Made by a program: the position numbers and the translations under genes. The notes below the pieces were generated by a model, which worked only from the letters and a program-made list of their open reading frames with translations, was not told the DNA's origin and made no database searches. This document shows positions 24,310 through 33,565 of a stretch of DNA of 64,000 nt, piece after piece. Source of the stretch: Actinomycetales bacterium (GTDB lineage: Bacteria; Actinomycetota; Actinomycetes; Actinomycetales; CAVURS01); assembly GCA_045807245.1 (NCBI GenBank), contig JBJMHS010000032.1:1-64000 (forward strand). The letters are read 5' to 3'. Numbering within the stretch: the stretch's first letter is position 1; every line of letters begins with the position of its first letter.

Positions 24310-25224
24310 ATGCGACCACCGGCCCCCCTGTACGCCGTGGCCTCGATGCTGACAGTGCAGCTCGGCGCCGCGCTCAGCACGCACCTGTTCGACGCGCTCA
24401 GCCCGGCCGGCTCGGCCTGGCTCCGGGTGGCGATCGCCGCCGCGGTCCTCCTGGCCGTGGCCCGGCCCCGCCTGCTCACGCTGAGCTGGCCGACGCTGCG
24501 GAGCACGTTGGTGCTCGGCGTCGCGACCACTGTCCTGATGATGGCGTTCATCGAGGCCATCGCCCGCATCCCCCTCGGCACGACGGCCGCCATCGAGTTC
24601 CTCGGCCCCCTCGGTGTGGCCGCGGCCCGCAGCCACCGCCGCTCGGCGCTGGTCTGGCCGGCGCTGGCCTTCGTCGGCGTCCTCGGGCTCACCGAGCCGT
24701 GGCGGGGCGAGCTGGACCTGGCCGGGCTCGGCTTTGCGGCGGCCGCTGCGGCGGGGTGGGCGGCCTACATCGTCTACACGCAGCGGGTCGGCGCCGAGGT
24801 CGAGGGGCTGCAGGGTCTGGCCCTCTCCCTCACCGTCGTGACCATTCTGGCCGCGCCCTTCGCGGCGCCCCCCGCCCTCGGAGGCCTGACTCCTCTCATC
24901 GGGCTCGAGTGCCTGGGCCTGGCCGTGCTGATGCCCTTGCTGCCGTTCAGCCTCGAGCTGCTGGCGCTACGCCGCATGCGGGTGGCGCCGTTCGGCACGT
25001 TGATGGCGCTCGAGCCGGGCATTGCGACGGTGATCGGGCTGGTCGTCCTGAGCCAGCTCCCGACCTGGTGGCAGGCGGCCGGAGTCCTGCTGGTGGTCGT
25101 CGCGGGAGTGGGCGCGCAGTGGCAGCCGACTCCACAGGACGACCCGGCTTCGCTGCCGCCGTCCACAGCCGTGACGACCGGCGAACGCGAACCCCGCAGT
25201 GAGGTCATAGCCTCGGCGTCGTGA
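24310..25224 (+). CDS. EamA family (RhtA-like) exporter
   Basis: VQLGAALS, IPLGTTAAIEFLGPL, FGTLMALEPG. Confidence 0.9.
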   Translation: MRPPAPLYAVASMLTVQLGAALSTHLFDALSPAGSAWLRVAIAAAVLLAVARPRLLTLSWPTLRSTLVLGVATTVLMMAFIEAIARIPLGTTAAIEFLGPLGVAAARSHRRSALVWPALAFVGVLGLTEPWRGELDLAGLGFAAAAAAGWAAYIVYTQRVGAEVEGLQGLALSLTVVTILAAPFAAPPALGGLTPLIGLECLGLAVLMPLLPFSLELLALRRMRVAPFGTLMALEPGIATVIGLVVLSQLPTWWQAAGVLLVVVAGVGAQWQPTPQDDPASLPPSTAVTTGEREPRSEVIASAS

Positions 25225-26051
25225 GCTACGAGGGGCCGTCCGCGGCGATCGGTGTCATCGGCGGGACCGGCTTCGAGGAGCTCTTCGACGAGCGGGCGGA
25301 CATCCAGACCGTCGAGGTCGAGACGCCGTTCGGAGAGCCCAGCGCATCCCTGACGGTCGGAGAGGTGGGCGGCCGGCCGGTCGCCTTCCTCCCTCGGCAC
25401 GGCCGCCGCCACGAGCTCCAGCCGCACCGGGTCAACTACCGGGCGAACCTGTGGGCATTGCGGACCGTCGGGGTGCGCCAGGTGCTCGGACCGTGCGCCG
25501 TCGGCTCGTTGCGCCCCGAGCTGGGAGCCGGCGCTCTCGTCGTCCCGGACCAGGTGGTCGACCGCACCTGGGGCCGCGCACACACGGTGTACGACGACCC
25601 AGGAGTCGTCGTGCATGTCGCGTTCGCCGACCCGTACTGCCCGCTCGGGCGGGAAACCGTTGCCGCGCAGGCAGTCTCGGCCAACTGGCCGGTACGCCGC
25701 GACGGCACGCTGGTGGTGATCAACGGACCGCGCTTCTCCAGCCGGGCCGAGTCGCGCTGGCATGCCACGGCAGGCTGGACGGTCGTCGGGATGACCGGTA
25801 TGCCCGAGGCGTCGGTGGCCCGCGAGCTGGCGCTGTGTTACACCTCGCTCTGCCTGGTGACGGACCAGGACGCCGGGGTCGAGGGCGGTTCAGCCGTGAC
25901 CCACGCGGAGGTGCTCGAGGTCTTCGGGCGCAACGTCACCCGGCTCAAGGCCCTCGTCGGCGCCGTCGTCGCCGCCCTGCCTCCGGACGACCAGGACTGC
26001 GTCTGCCGGCACGCCCTCGACGGGCTGCCTCTCCCGTTCGACCTGCCCTAG
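25221..26051 (+). CDS. mtnP: S-methyl-5'-thioadenosine phosphorylase
   Basis: IGVIGGTG, FLPRHG, NYRAN, GPRFSSRAES, GMT..PE. Confidence 0.92.
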   Translation: MSYEGPSAAIGVIGGTGFEELFDERADIQTVEVETPFGEPSASLTVGEVGGRPVAFLPRHGRRHELQPHRVNYRANLWALRTVGVRQVLGPCAVGSLRPELGAGALVVPDQVVDRTWGRAHTVYDDPGVVVHVAFADPYCPLGRETVAAQAVSANWPVRRDGTLVVINGPRFSSRAESRWHATAGWTVVGMTGMPEASVARELALCYTSLCLVTDQDAGVEGGSAVTHAEVLEVFGRNVTRLKALVGAVVAALPPDDQDCVCRHALDGLPLPFDLP

Positions 26052-26057
26052 CCGGCG

Positions 26058-26750
26058 GTGACGTGGTGGCAGGCCGGCCGGACCCACCGACCGGCGACGG
26101 TCCCTCTGCGGCGCCGGCGGCCGGGACTTCGCCGGCTCCTCGCGGCCGGCCTGGTGGCCGCCGCGGTGGCGCTGGCACTGCCGACGCTCGCCCCCGCACC
26201 GGCCCACCGGGTGCGGGTGCTGGTCGCGGCGCACGACCTCGCCGCCGGGCGGGGGCTGACGAGCGCCGACCTGCGCGTCGCCGGCTGGGCCCCGGGCACC
26301 GCCCCCCGGGATGGGCTCGGTGAGCCCGGGCAGGCGGCCGGTCGCACACTGGCCGGACCGCTGACCGAAGGCAGCCCGGTCACCCGGGCCGACCTGCTGG
26401 GGCCGGGACTGCTGGCCGGGCAGGAGGTCGGCCTGCTCGCCGTACCGGTTCGGCTCTCCGGGGTGGCGCCTTCGGGGCTCGTCCAGGCCGGGGACCGGGT
26501 GGACGTGCTGTCCGCCGCGTCCGGGTCCGCTGTCGCCACCGACGCGGTCGTCCTTGCCGCCGACCTAGGCCCGGCGGCGGATGGTGGCGCCGGCGCCCTC
26601 GACGGGTTCGGTGGCCAGAGCGGCGGTGCGACGGGCGGTTCGGGGACCGCTGGCGCGGTGCTGGTCCTGGGGGTCGGGCTCGACGCAGCCGAGCGGCTGA
26701 CCAGGGCCCAGGCCGCAGGCCCGCTGGGCGTCGCCGTGCACGCCCGCTGA
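26058..26750 (+). CDS. SAF domain / CpaB-RcpC-like protein (Rv0990c-like)
   Basis: TM helix, VLVAAHDLAAG, GDRVDVL; conserved position before mscL. Confidence 0.8.
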   Translation: MTWWQAGRTHRPATVPLRRRRPGLRRLLAAGLVAAAVALALPTLAPAPAHRVRVLVAAHDLAAGRGLTSADLRVAGWAPGTAPRDGLGEPGQAAGRTLAGPLTEGSPVTRADLLGPGLLAGQEVGLLAVPVRLSGVAPSGLVQAGDRVDVLSAASGSAVATDAVVLAADLGPAADGGAGALDGFGGQSGGATGGSGTAGAVLVLGVGLDAAERLTRAQAAGPLGVAVHAR

Positions 26751-26861
26751 GCTGCCGACCAGCGGTGCACCGCCGTCAGCGCGCCCGGTCCTCGCCGTGG
26801 CGCCGCCCGCCCGCTAACGTCGTGGCGCCGCAGGGGAACGGGGCTACTGAGGGGACTTCAC

Positions 26862-27269
26862 ATGGTCAAGGGCTTCAGGGACTTCATCATGCGCGGCAAC
26901 ATCGTCGATCTCGCCGTGGCGTTCGTCATCGGCGCGGCGTTCGCGAAGATGGTCGCCGACTTCGTCAGCGCCATCATCACGCCCATCCTGAACGCCTTCC
27001 CGGGCGCCAAGTCCAACGGATGGGGCTTCTCCCTGCGCGGCGGCGATCTGCATCGCGCGACCTTCGTCAACATCTCGACCCTCGTGAACAGCGTCGTCGT
27101 GTTCGTCATCACCGCGCTGGTGGTCTACCTGATCTTCGTGGTGCCGATGAACAAGCTGGCCGAGCGGCGCAAGCGTGGGGTCGAGCCGGAGCCCGAGGCT
27201 CCGGCCGCGGACATCTTGCTGCTGCAGCAGATCCGCGACCTGCTGGCCGCGCGAGGCGGAGCCGTCTGA
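26862..27269 (+). CDS. mscL: Large-conductance mechanosensitive channel
   Basis: GFRDFIMRGNIVDLAVAFVIGAAF...LLQQIRDLL. Confidence 0.95.
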   Translation: MVKGFRDFIMRGNIVDLAVAFVIGAAFAKMVADFVSAIITPILNAFPGAKSNGWGFSLRGGDLHRATFVNISTLVNSVVVFVITALVVYLIFVVPMNKLAERRKRGVEPEPEAPAADILLLQQIRDLLAARGGAV

Positions 27270-27282
27270 CCTCGAACTGGTT

Positions 27283-27367
27283 GACAGTTCGTCGTGAGCC
27301 GTCGTCGACACGCCGCTCCGGATCCGCTCCAGGGCGGCGTGTCGACGTTGTAGCTCGACCAACTGTC
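27283..27367. terminator. Long inverted repeat between convergent genes
   Basis: Perfect 14-bp stem CGTCGACACGCCGC (27303-27316)/GCGGCGTGTCGACG (27334-27347), extended by GAGC/GCTC and GACAGTT/AACTGTC. Confidence 0.65.
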
Positions 27368-27378
27368 GGGCGTCGGCG

Positions 27379-30300
27379 CTAGCCCCAGTGCGGCGGGCGC
27401 TGGTCGCGCAGCCAGTCGTCGTGCCCGTCCTCGCCCGACGGCACCTCGCCCCAGCCCACATCCGTGTCGTCGCTCGTCTGGTCCAGCGGTTGCGGCGTGA
27501 CCGCATCAGCGGTCGACTCGCCTGCTGACTTCGGCGTCGGCCGGAGCGCCTGCTGGACCCGGGCCACCTCGCGGGCCGGGTCGCGGAAGATGTCGGTCGA
27601 CCAGATCCGCAGGTGGCTCCAGCCCAGCCGGGCCAACGCCTCCGGCCGCATCCGGTCACGTTCCCGGACCGTGGGCAGCGCGGCGTAGGCCGGCCCGTCC
27701 GTCTCGACGGCCAGCCGCCGCCCGCTCATGGGGTCGCGGACGACCATCTCGATCGGCTGGTCCGACGCGGACGCCGGCTCGCCGTCGGACGGCCGCGCGG
27801 CGGTGATCGGCACGCTCCGCTCGACCTCCAGCCCGTCGGCCTCGAGCCGGAGGGCGAAGTCCTCGAGCAGCGCGTCCAGGCTCACCATGCCGGCCGCACT
27901 CGTCACGCCGGCCGCACTCGCCGCGCCCGGCGTGCGGGGCGGATCCGAGGCGGCCGCCCCGGAGTCGGTCAGGTCGAGCTCCACGGCAGCCGTCGGCGGC
28001 TGGGCCACGCCACCGGCTGCGGCCGTGGCCAGGACGTCGCGCAAGGCCCGCGCCCCCGGCGTCTTGAGCCGTGCCGGGTCGAGGTCCTCGAGCCGGAAGC
28101 CGCAGACGACCACCATGCCGAGCCGCGCCCGGGTCACGGCCGAGAGCAGGAGTGCGGCGCCATCGGCCTCCCCCACGGCGCCGAACTGGTGCAGCATCCG
28201 ACCGTGCGGGGTGCGGCCGTAGCCGACCGAGAGCACGACGACGTCACGCACGATCGCACCTGCGTCGGCGGCGTCCAGGACCAGGAACGGCTCCGGCACG
28301 TCGGCGTCGAAGAACTCCGCCACCCGCGGGTGCACGCCGCGCTCGAGCCGCACCGCCTCGCGGATCCGGTCCGCGTGCAGCCGGTTCAGCGCCAGGACGG
28401 CCAGTGACGACTCGGGCCGGTTGGCCGCATGCTCCATCACGAGCGAGACGACGTGCTGGACCTCCTGCTCGGTGCTCTCAATGGCGCTCGCTCCGGGAGC
28501 CAGGACGCCCTCGCCGTCGACCCGGTCCAGCCGCACGGCCGGCGCGGCCACGGCACGCTCGGCAGCGCTCTGGGCGCCCGTGACTCCCGGACCGGGCCGG
28601 TCGTCGCGCACCCCCGGCGGCTGCGGCGGCACATCAGACGCCGCCAGGTGACCGGACACGGCGCTCGCGAGCGCGGCCAAGCGAGCCGAGACCGGACGGT
28701 ACGACGCGTGCAGGGCCATCGGCCGCAGCCGGCCGAGAGCGACGTCGGCCACGGACTCCCCGGCCGGCACGCCGCCGTACTGATGGGGGTCGCCGACCAC
28801 GACGACCGACGAGCCGCGGGCGATCGCCGTCGCGCAGCGAGCCAGGTCGACACTGTGGGCCTGCCCGACGAGGACGACGTCGACGTGCACGTCGGGCGGC
28901 AGGACGGACGTCGCCAGCAACGGGCTGAGCGACCAGCACGGTGCGATGGCGGCCACAAGGTCACCGCACCGGGTCAGCAGCCGGGCGATCGGCAGCGCCA
29001 CTCGCGGCCGCGCGAGCAGCGCGCCCCCGTGCTCCCCAGGGCTGACGCCTGCCCAGGCCTTCAGCTCCGCCACCTGCTCCGGATGCGCGGCCACCGCGGC
29101 CCGGATGCGTTGCCGGACATCGGCCCGCAGCGTCGCGGCCTGGCCCTCGCGGACGGCGTTGTCGGCCTGCGCGTACGCGATCGCCGCGGCCCGGAGCCGC
29201 TCGCCGTCGTGCGTCGCGTAACGCGGGTCGAGCGTGCCGATCCGGGCCAGCACGGACGCCCACCAGACCAGGTCGAGCTCACTGCCGACGAGCTCGGCGG
29301 CGACCGTGCGCGTCGCGAGGTCCTCGAGCACGGGGCCGAGGCCCGCCTCCTGCAGGGTGTCCATGAGGGTGACCACCTTGGGCCGGACGGCGAGTGAGTC
29401 GCCGTGCTCGGCCAGCCCGGCCAGCCGCTCCTGCAACGCGTCCAACGGCATCCCGGTGAGATCGCCCCCGCCCGGCGTCGTCGACAGCCGCGGCCCGAGC
29501 CACTCCAGCCGCTCGACCAGAGCCGCATGCGCTCTCACCGCTTCGTCGTACCCGGTCGGGACGGCCGGCCGGGCGCCGCCACCGACGAAGCTCTCCCAGG
29601 CGTCGCGTTGCTGTTCCAGCCGGACCAGGGCGGCATGCAGGTCGGCCGGAGGTACGCCGGGCCGCAGGAGCTTGCGGGTGCGGCCCTGGATCCGCCTGCG
29701 CGCCATGGCGCCGAGCTGTACGCCGCGGGCCGTTCGCCATTCGCGCGGCGCCGTCGCGGCGATGGCCTCACGGACCGACGAGTCCCACGCCTCGGGGCGG
29801 AAGACCTCGAGTGTGCCGCGAACCTGCTCCAACAGGCGGAGCCCGGCGCCGTAGTCGGAAACCGTTGTGGCAGTGGGGAGCCCGACGTCCTCGAACGCCT
29901 GGTCCAGCACCTTGCGGGCTGCGCCGAGCTGGCCGTCCGCGAGCTCCCGAGCGTGTTGCAGCGCCAGGTCACCCTCGAGCCGCGACGTGATCCTCGCGGC
30001 GTACCAGGGGTCGAGGCTCGGCGGCACCCGGAACGCACCCAGCCCGGCCGCCTCGCGCAGCGTCCCGCGGAGCTCGGCGACGCGGTGCGGGGTCAGCTGG
30101 TCGAGGACGTCTGCCGACAGGCGCACCGTGGACCGGGGAGCCGGCCGCATTGCGGTGAGCTCGGCCAGCGCGACCTGCGCGGCGTACGCCGAAACGCCCC
30201 ACGGCTCGTGCCGGCGGTGCATCGCCTCCGCGTGTCCGGCCAGCAGGTTGGCGTGCCCGCGCGACGCCGACTCGGCGGCCTGGGGGTCGGTCACCGGCTC

Positions 30301-31470
30301 GGGGGCCTGCTCCAGCTCCTCGACGGTCTGGCCGTGTTCGGGGTGGGCAATCTCGACGGCGCGCAGAAGCCGCAACGCGATCCGGGCGCCGTCATGGGGG
30401 TCCGCGCCGAGGTCGAGCACCAGGTCGGACAGACCGATGCGGGCCAGCCGGTTCCGGACGTCGGCCAGCTCGGCGGCGTACGACGACAGCAACAGGCTGC
30501 GCTGCGCGCTGGCCGCGAGCGCCGCAATGGTGTCGGCGAGCATCTGGGTCGCGCCGCTGCCGGCCGGTGCCCGAACCGCGACCCGGGCGCCTCGGACGGC
30601 CGCCTCGACCACGGCCCGCTGGTCGCCGTCCGCGTCGAGCACGATGGGTACGTCGGCCGGGGTCGGCGGCGCCGTGGTGGAGGCGTCGCTGAACGGGCTG
30701 GTCAGCAGGCGCAGCGTCGGGTGCCTGAGCAACGCCGGGCCGCGCGCCTCCAGGTCCGCCACCAGGGCCGGGACGACCTCAGGGAAGACACCGACGACGA
30801 GCCTGGGCTGCACCTCGAAACCCGGGATGTCCGCGCAGGTCTGGGCCAGGCGTTCCAGCATCGGGAGCGGGTCGAAACCGTTGATGCCGTGGTCGCTGCC
30901 AGCCGCGAGCTCGGCCAGCAAGGTCGCGTCGAGCGGCACGCCGTACTCGATCCGCAGGTGCTCGACGAGCACCGGGTTGAGCCGCGTCGCCGGCGCCAGG
31001 TCGAGGTCGAAGTCGTCCTCGCCGTGCCCCCGCGGCCGCAGCCGCGCGGCCCGCAACAGCACCGGCGCGAACGTGCGCCTCTCGGCGTCCTCGCCCCAAC
31101 CGGCCATGCCGACGGCGAGCTGGCCGGCCGGCACGCCGTGCAGCCGGCGCAACCGCATCGCCGTGGCCCGGACCGTCCGCGCGCGCCGTCGGGCGTCGGC
31201 CAGAGCGCCGGGCTCCCGGACCAGGTCGGACAGGCGGCTGCGGCGGCCGGCCAGCAACATGGCCAGACCGCTGGGATGGGCATGGGTCAGCTCGAGCGTC
31301 GCCGAGGGATGGTCGTGGAAACCGAGCAGGTCCGACTCGCCACCGTCGGGTCCGCAGAGCTGCAGGGACAGCAGGGTCTGCGTCCATTCCCGCACCCGGG
31401 AGAACGCGTCGAGGTCGGCTTGCTGGACCGCGCTCAGGCCCTCGCGTTGGGCGTTGGGGAGCTCGGTCAC
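27379..31470 (-). CDS. DUF4011-type SF1 helicase-like protein with C-terminal Vsr-like/REase domain; ATPase motifs degenerate
   Basis: APVLL...LNPVL, DADGDQ, APAGSGATQ, PCWSLSP, VVVGDPHQ, RDVVVLSVGYG, VTRAR, AVETDG...RDRMRPEALARLGW...IWSTD. Confidence 0.8.
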   Translation of the reverse strand: MTELPNAQREGLSAVQQADLDAFSRVREWTQTLLSLQLCGPDGGESDLLGFHDHPSATLELTHAHPSGLAMLLAGRRSRLSDLVREPGALADARRRARTVRATAMRLRRLHGVPAGQLAVGMAGWGEDAERRTFAPVLLRAARLRPRGHGEDDFDLDLAPATRLNPVLVEHLRIEYGVPLDATLLAELAAGSDHGINGFDPLPMLERLAQTCADIPGFEVQPRLVVGVFPEVVPALVADLEARGPALLRHPTLRLLTSPFSDASTTAPPTPADVPIVLDADGDQRAVVEAAVRGARVAVRAPAGSGATQMLADTIAALAASAQRSLLLSSYAAELADVRNRLARIGLSDLVLDLGADPHDGARIALRLLRAVEIAHPEHGQTVEELEQAPEPVTDPQAAESASRGHANLLAGHAEAMHRRHEPWGVSAYAAQVALAELTAMRPAPRSTVRLSADVLDQLTPHRVAELRGTLREAAGLGAFRVPPSLDPWYAARITSRLEGDLALQHARELADGQLGAARKVLDQAFEDVGLPTATTVSDYGAGLRLLEQVRGTLEVFRPEAWDSSVREAIAATAPREWRTARGVQLGAMARRRIQGRTRKLLRPGVPPADLHAALVRLEQQRDAWESFVGGGARPAVPTGYDEAVRAHAALVERLEWLGPRLSTTPGGGDLTGMPLDALQERLAGLAEHGDSLAVRPKVVTLMDTLQEAGLGPVLEDLATRTVAAELVGSELDLVWWASVLARIGTLDPRYATHDGERLRAAAIAYAQADNAVREGQAATLRADVRQRIRAAVAAHPEQVAELKAWAGVSPGEHGGALLARPRVALPIARLLTRCGDLVAAIAPCWSLSPLLATSVLPPDVHVDVVLVGQAHSVDLARCATAIARGSSVVVVGDPHQYGGVPAGESVADVALGRLRPMALHASYRPVSARLAALASAVSGHLAASDVPPQPPGVRDDRPGPGVTGAQSAAERAVAAPAVRLDRVDGEGVLAPGASAIESTEQEVQHVVSLVMEHAANRPESSLAVLALNRLHADRIREAVRLERGVHPRVAEFFDADVPEPFLVLDAADAGAIVRDVVVLSVGYGRTPHGRMLHQFGAVGEADGAALLLSAVTRARLGMVVVCGFRLEDLDPARLKTPGARALRDVLATAAAGGVAQPPTAAVELDLTDSGAAASDPPRTPGAASAAGVTSAAGMVSLDALLEDFALRLEADGLEVERSVPITAARPSDGEPASASDQPIEMVVRDPMSGRRLAVETDGPAYAALPTVRERDRMRPEALARLGWSHLRIWSTDIFRDPAREVARVQQALRPTPKSAGESTADAVTPQPLDQTSDDTDVGWGEVPSGEDGHDDWLRDQRPPHWG

Positions 31471-31673
31471 ACGGCCGAGGTTAGTCCGCCACCGGGTCCG
31501 GACATGGGAGGCGGTGCGCACCACGCAGGGGGCAAGCGGTGCGCACCGCCAGGTCTCATGATGAGGGCGGGATATTTGCTTGGTCAAGCGTTTCTGGAAG
31601 GTTCCCTGACCGGCCAGTCAGGACCGGATCAGCAGGTCAGCGCACTGTTCTCGGACGGTTACTCAGCGCTCAG

Positions 31674-32411
31674 TCACCGCTCGACGAGCGTCACCTCGAA
31701 GCTGTAGTTCTGGGCCCGGTACACGTGTGAGCCGAACTCGACGGCCCGGCCGGAGTCGTCGTACGCCGTGCGTTCCATCGTGAGCAGCGGTGCGCCTTTG
31801 CGCTCGTGCAAGAGTCTCGCCTCGTTGACCGACGCGGCGCGGGCGCCGATGCGTTGGGTCGCGATCCGCATGTGTACGCCGCGGCGGCGCATCAGCTCGT
31901 AGAGCCCCTGACCCTCCAGATCCTCCGCCGTGAAGTCGGCCAGGTCAGCCGGCAGCCAGTTGCACATCAGGGCGAGCGGCTCCTCGCCGGCCGAGCGCAG
32001 CCGCTCGATCCGGGTGACGGGTGCGCCGACCGCGACGCCGAGCGCGCCGGCCAGCCGCGGGTCCGCGACGACGAGCTCTCGGGCCAGGACTGCGGTCCGC
32101 GGCTGCTGGCCGGACCGCTCCAGGTCGTCGTACAGGCTGGACAGCTCGACCGGTCGCTTGACCTGGCCGTGGACCACCTGGGTGCCGACCCCGCGCTTGC
32201 GGACGAGCAGTCCCTGGCGGACCAGCTCCTGGATGGCCTGGCGCACGGTCGGCCGCGACAGCCCGAACCGGTCGGCGAGGTCGAGCTCGTTCTCCAGCCG
32301 GTCACCGGCCGACAGCTGCCCGCTCGCGATGGCCTGCTCGAGCTGCTGGGCCACCTGGTAGTACAGCGGCACGGGGCTGGACCGGTCGACCCGGAGCCGG
32401 AGCTGGTCCAC
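31674..32411 (-). CDS. iolR: GntR (HutC/UTRA) regulator of the iol cluster
   Basis: VPLYYQV, LSRPTVRQAI, RKRGVGT, UTRA domain; divergent from the iol operon. Confidence 0.85.
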   Translation of the reverse strand: MDQLRLRVDRSSPVPLYYQVAQQLEQAIASGQLSAGDRLENELDLADRFGLSRPTVRQAIQELVRQGLLVRKRGVGTQVVHGQVKRPVELSSLYDDLERSGQQPRTAVLARELVVADPRLAGALGVAVGAPVTRIERLRSAGEEPLALMCNWLPADLADFTAEDLEGQGLYELMRRRGVHMRIATQRIGARAASVNEARLLHERKGAPLLTMERTAYDDSGRAVEFGSHVYRAQNYSFEVTLVER

Positions 32412-32471
32412 CGCGCCTCCCCTCAGCCGACGACGACGCGTACAGAGTAGCGAGACTAAACCGTGACGTCA

Positions 32472-32526
32472 GTATGTAAAGACATTGCGTCATTCTCTTG
32501 ACACCGCTGGTGGCGCGCAGCATAGT
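32472..32526 (+). promoter_or_regulatory. iol promoter with candidate GntR operator
   Basis: ATGT-AAAG-ACAT pseudo-palindrome (32474-32485), followed by TTGACA (32498-32503)-N17-CATAGT (32521-32526). Confidence 0.6.
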
Positions 32527-32563
32527 CAGCGACCTCGAACCACTCGAACCGAAGGAGCAGCCG

Positions 32564-33565
32564 GTGCGGATCGGCCTCGCTGGCACCGGACGGATCGGCG
32601 CCTTCCACGCGAAGACCCTCGCTGGTCTGTCCCACGTCGACTCCCTCGTCGTGGCCGATGCCGACGCCCGCCGCGCCACCGTCGTGGCGGAGAGCCTCGG
32701 GGTCGAGGTGGTCGAGCACCCGGACGCCTTGTTCGCCAACGGCATCGACGCCCTGGTCATCGCGGCGGCGACCGACGCCCACGCGCAGCTCATCGTGTCG
32801 GCCGTCGAGGCGGGTGTCCCGACGTTCTGCGAGAAGCCTGTCGCGCCTGACGTCGACGGCACGCTCGCGGTGCTCGACAAGGTGAGCGGCTCGGACGTGC
32901 CGGTCCACGTGGGGTTTCAGCGGCGGTTCGACGCCGGCTACGTCGCGGCCCGCCGCGCGGTGGAGTCCGGCGAGCTGGGCTGGGTGCACACGTTGCGGGC
33001 CGGCACCCTGGACCCGGCCCCGCCGCCGGCGGAGTACATCGCCCACTCGGGCGGCTTCTTCCGCGACTGCTCCGTGCACGACTTCGACATCGTGCGCTGG
33101 GTGACCGGCCGCGAGGTGACCGAGGTGTACGCCGTCGGCGCCAACCGCGGTGAGGCGTTCTTCGGCGAGCTCGGCGACATCGATGCCGCGTCGGCCCTGC
33201 TGACCCTCGATGACGGGTCGTTCTGTCACGTGGCCGGGACCCGTTACAACGCAAGGGGTTACGACGTACGCCTCGAGGTGCTGGGGTCCCAGGACAGCAT
33301 CGCCGTCGGGCTGGACCAGCGGCTGCCCCTGCGGTCGGTCGAGCCGGGCGTGTCGTTCCCGTCCGGCGACCCGTACCCCGTGTTCATGGATCGCTTCCTG
33401 GATGCGTACGTCGCCGAGCTGACCGCCTTCGCCGACGTCGCGCGCGGCACGACGCCGTCACCGTGCACCGTCGCCGACGCCCTGGAGGCGTTCTACGTCG
33501 CCGAGGCCTGCGAGATCTCCCGCCGCGAGCACCGGCCGGTGCCGGTCGACGAGGTGCGCCGATGA
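32564..33565 (+). CDS. iolG: myo-inositol 2-dehydrogenase (Gfo/Idh/MocA)
   Basis: GTGRIG, CEKP, GFQRRFD, SGGFFRDCSVHDFD, GYDVRLE; RBS AAGGAG. Confidence 0.85.
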   Translation: MRIGLAGTGRIGAFHAKTLAGLSHVDSLVVADADARRATVVAESLGVEVVEHPDALFANGIDALVIAAATDAHAQLIVSAVEAGVPTFCEKPVAPDVDGTLAVLDKVSGSDVPVHVGFQRRFDAGYVAARRAVESGELGWVHTLRAGTLDPAPPPAEYIAHSGGFFRDCSVHDFDIVRWVTGREVTEVYAVGANRGEAFFGELGDIDAASALLTLDDGSFCHVAGTRYNARGYDVRLEVLGSQDSIAVGLDQRLPLRSVEPGVSFPSGDPYPVFMDRFLDAYVAELTAFADVARGTTPSPCTVADALEAFYVAEACEISRREHRPVPVDEVRR

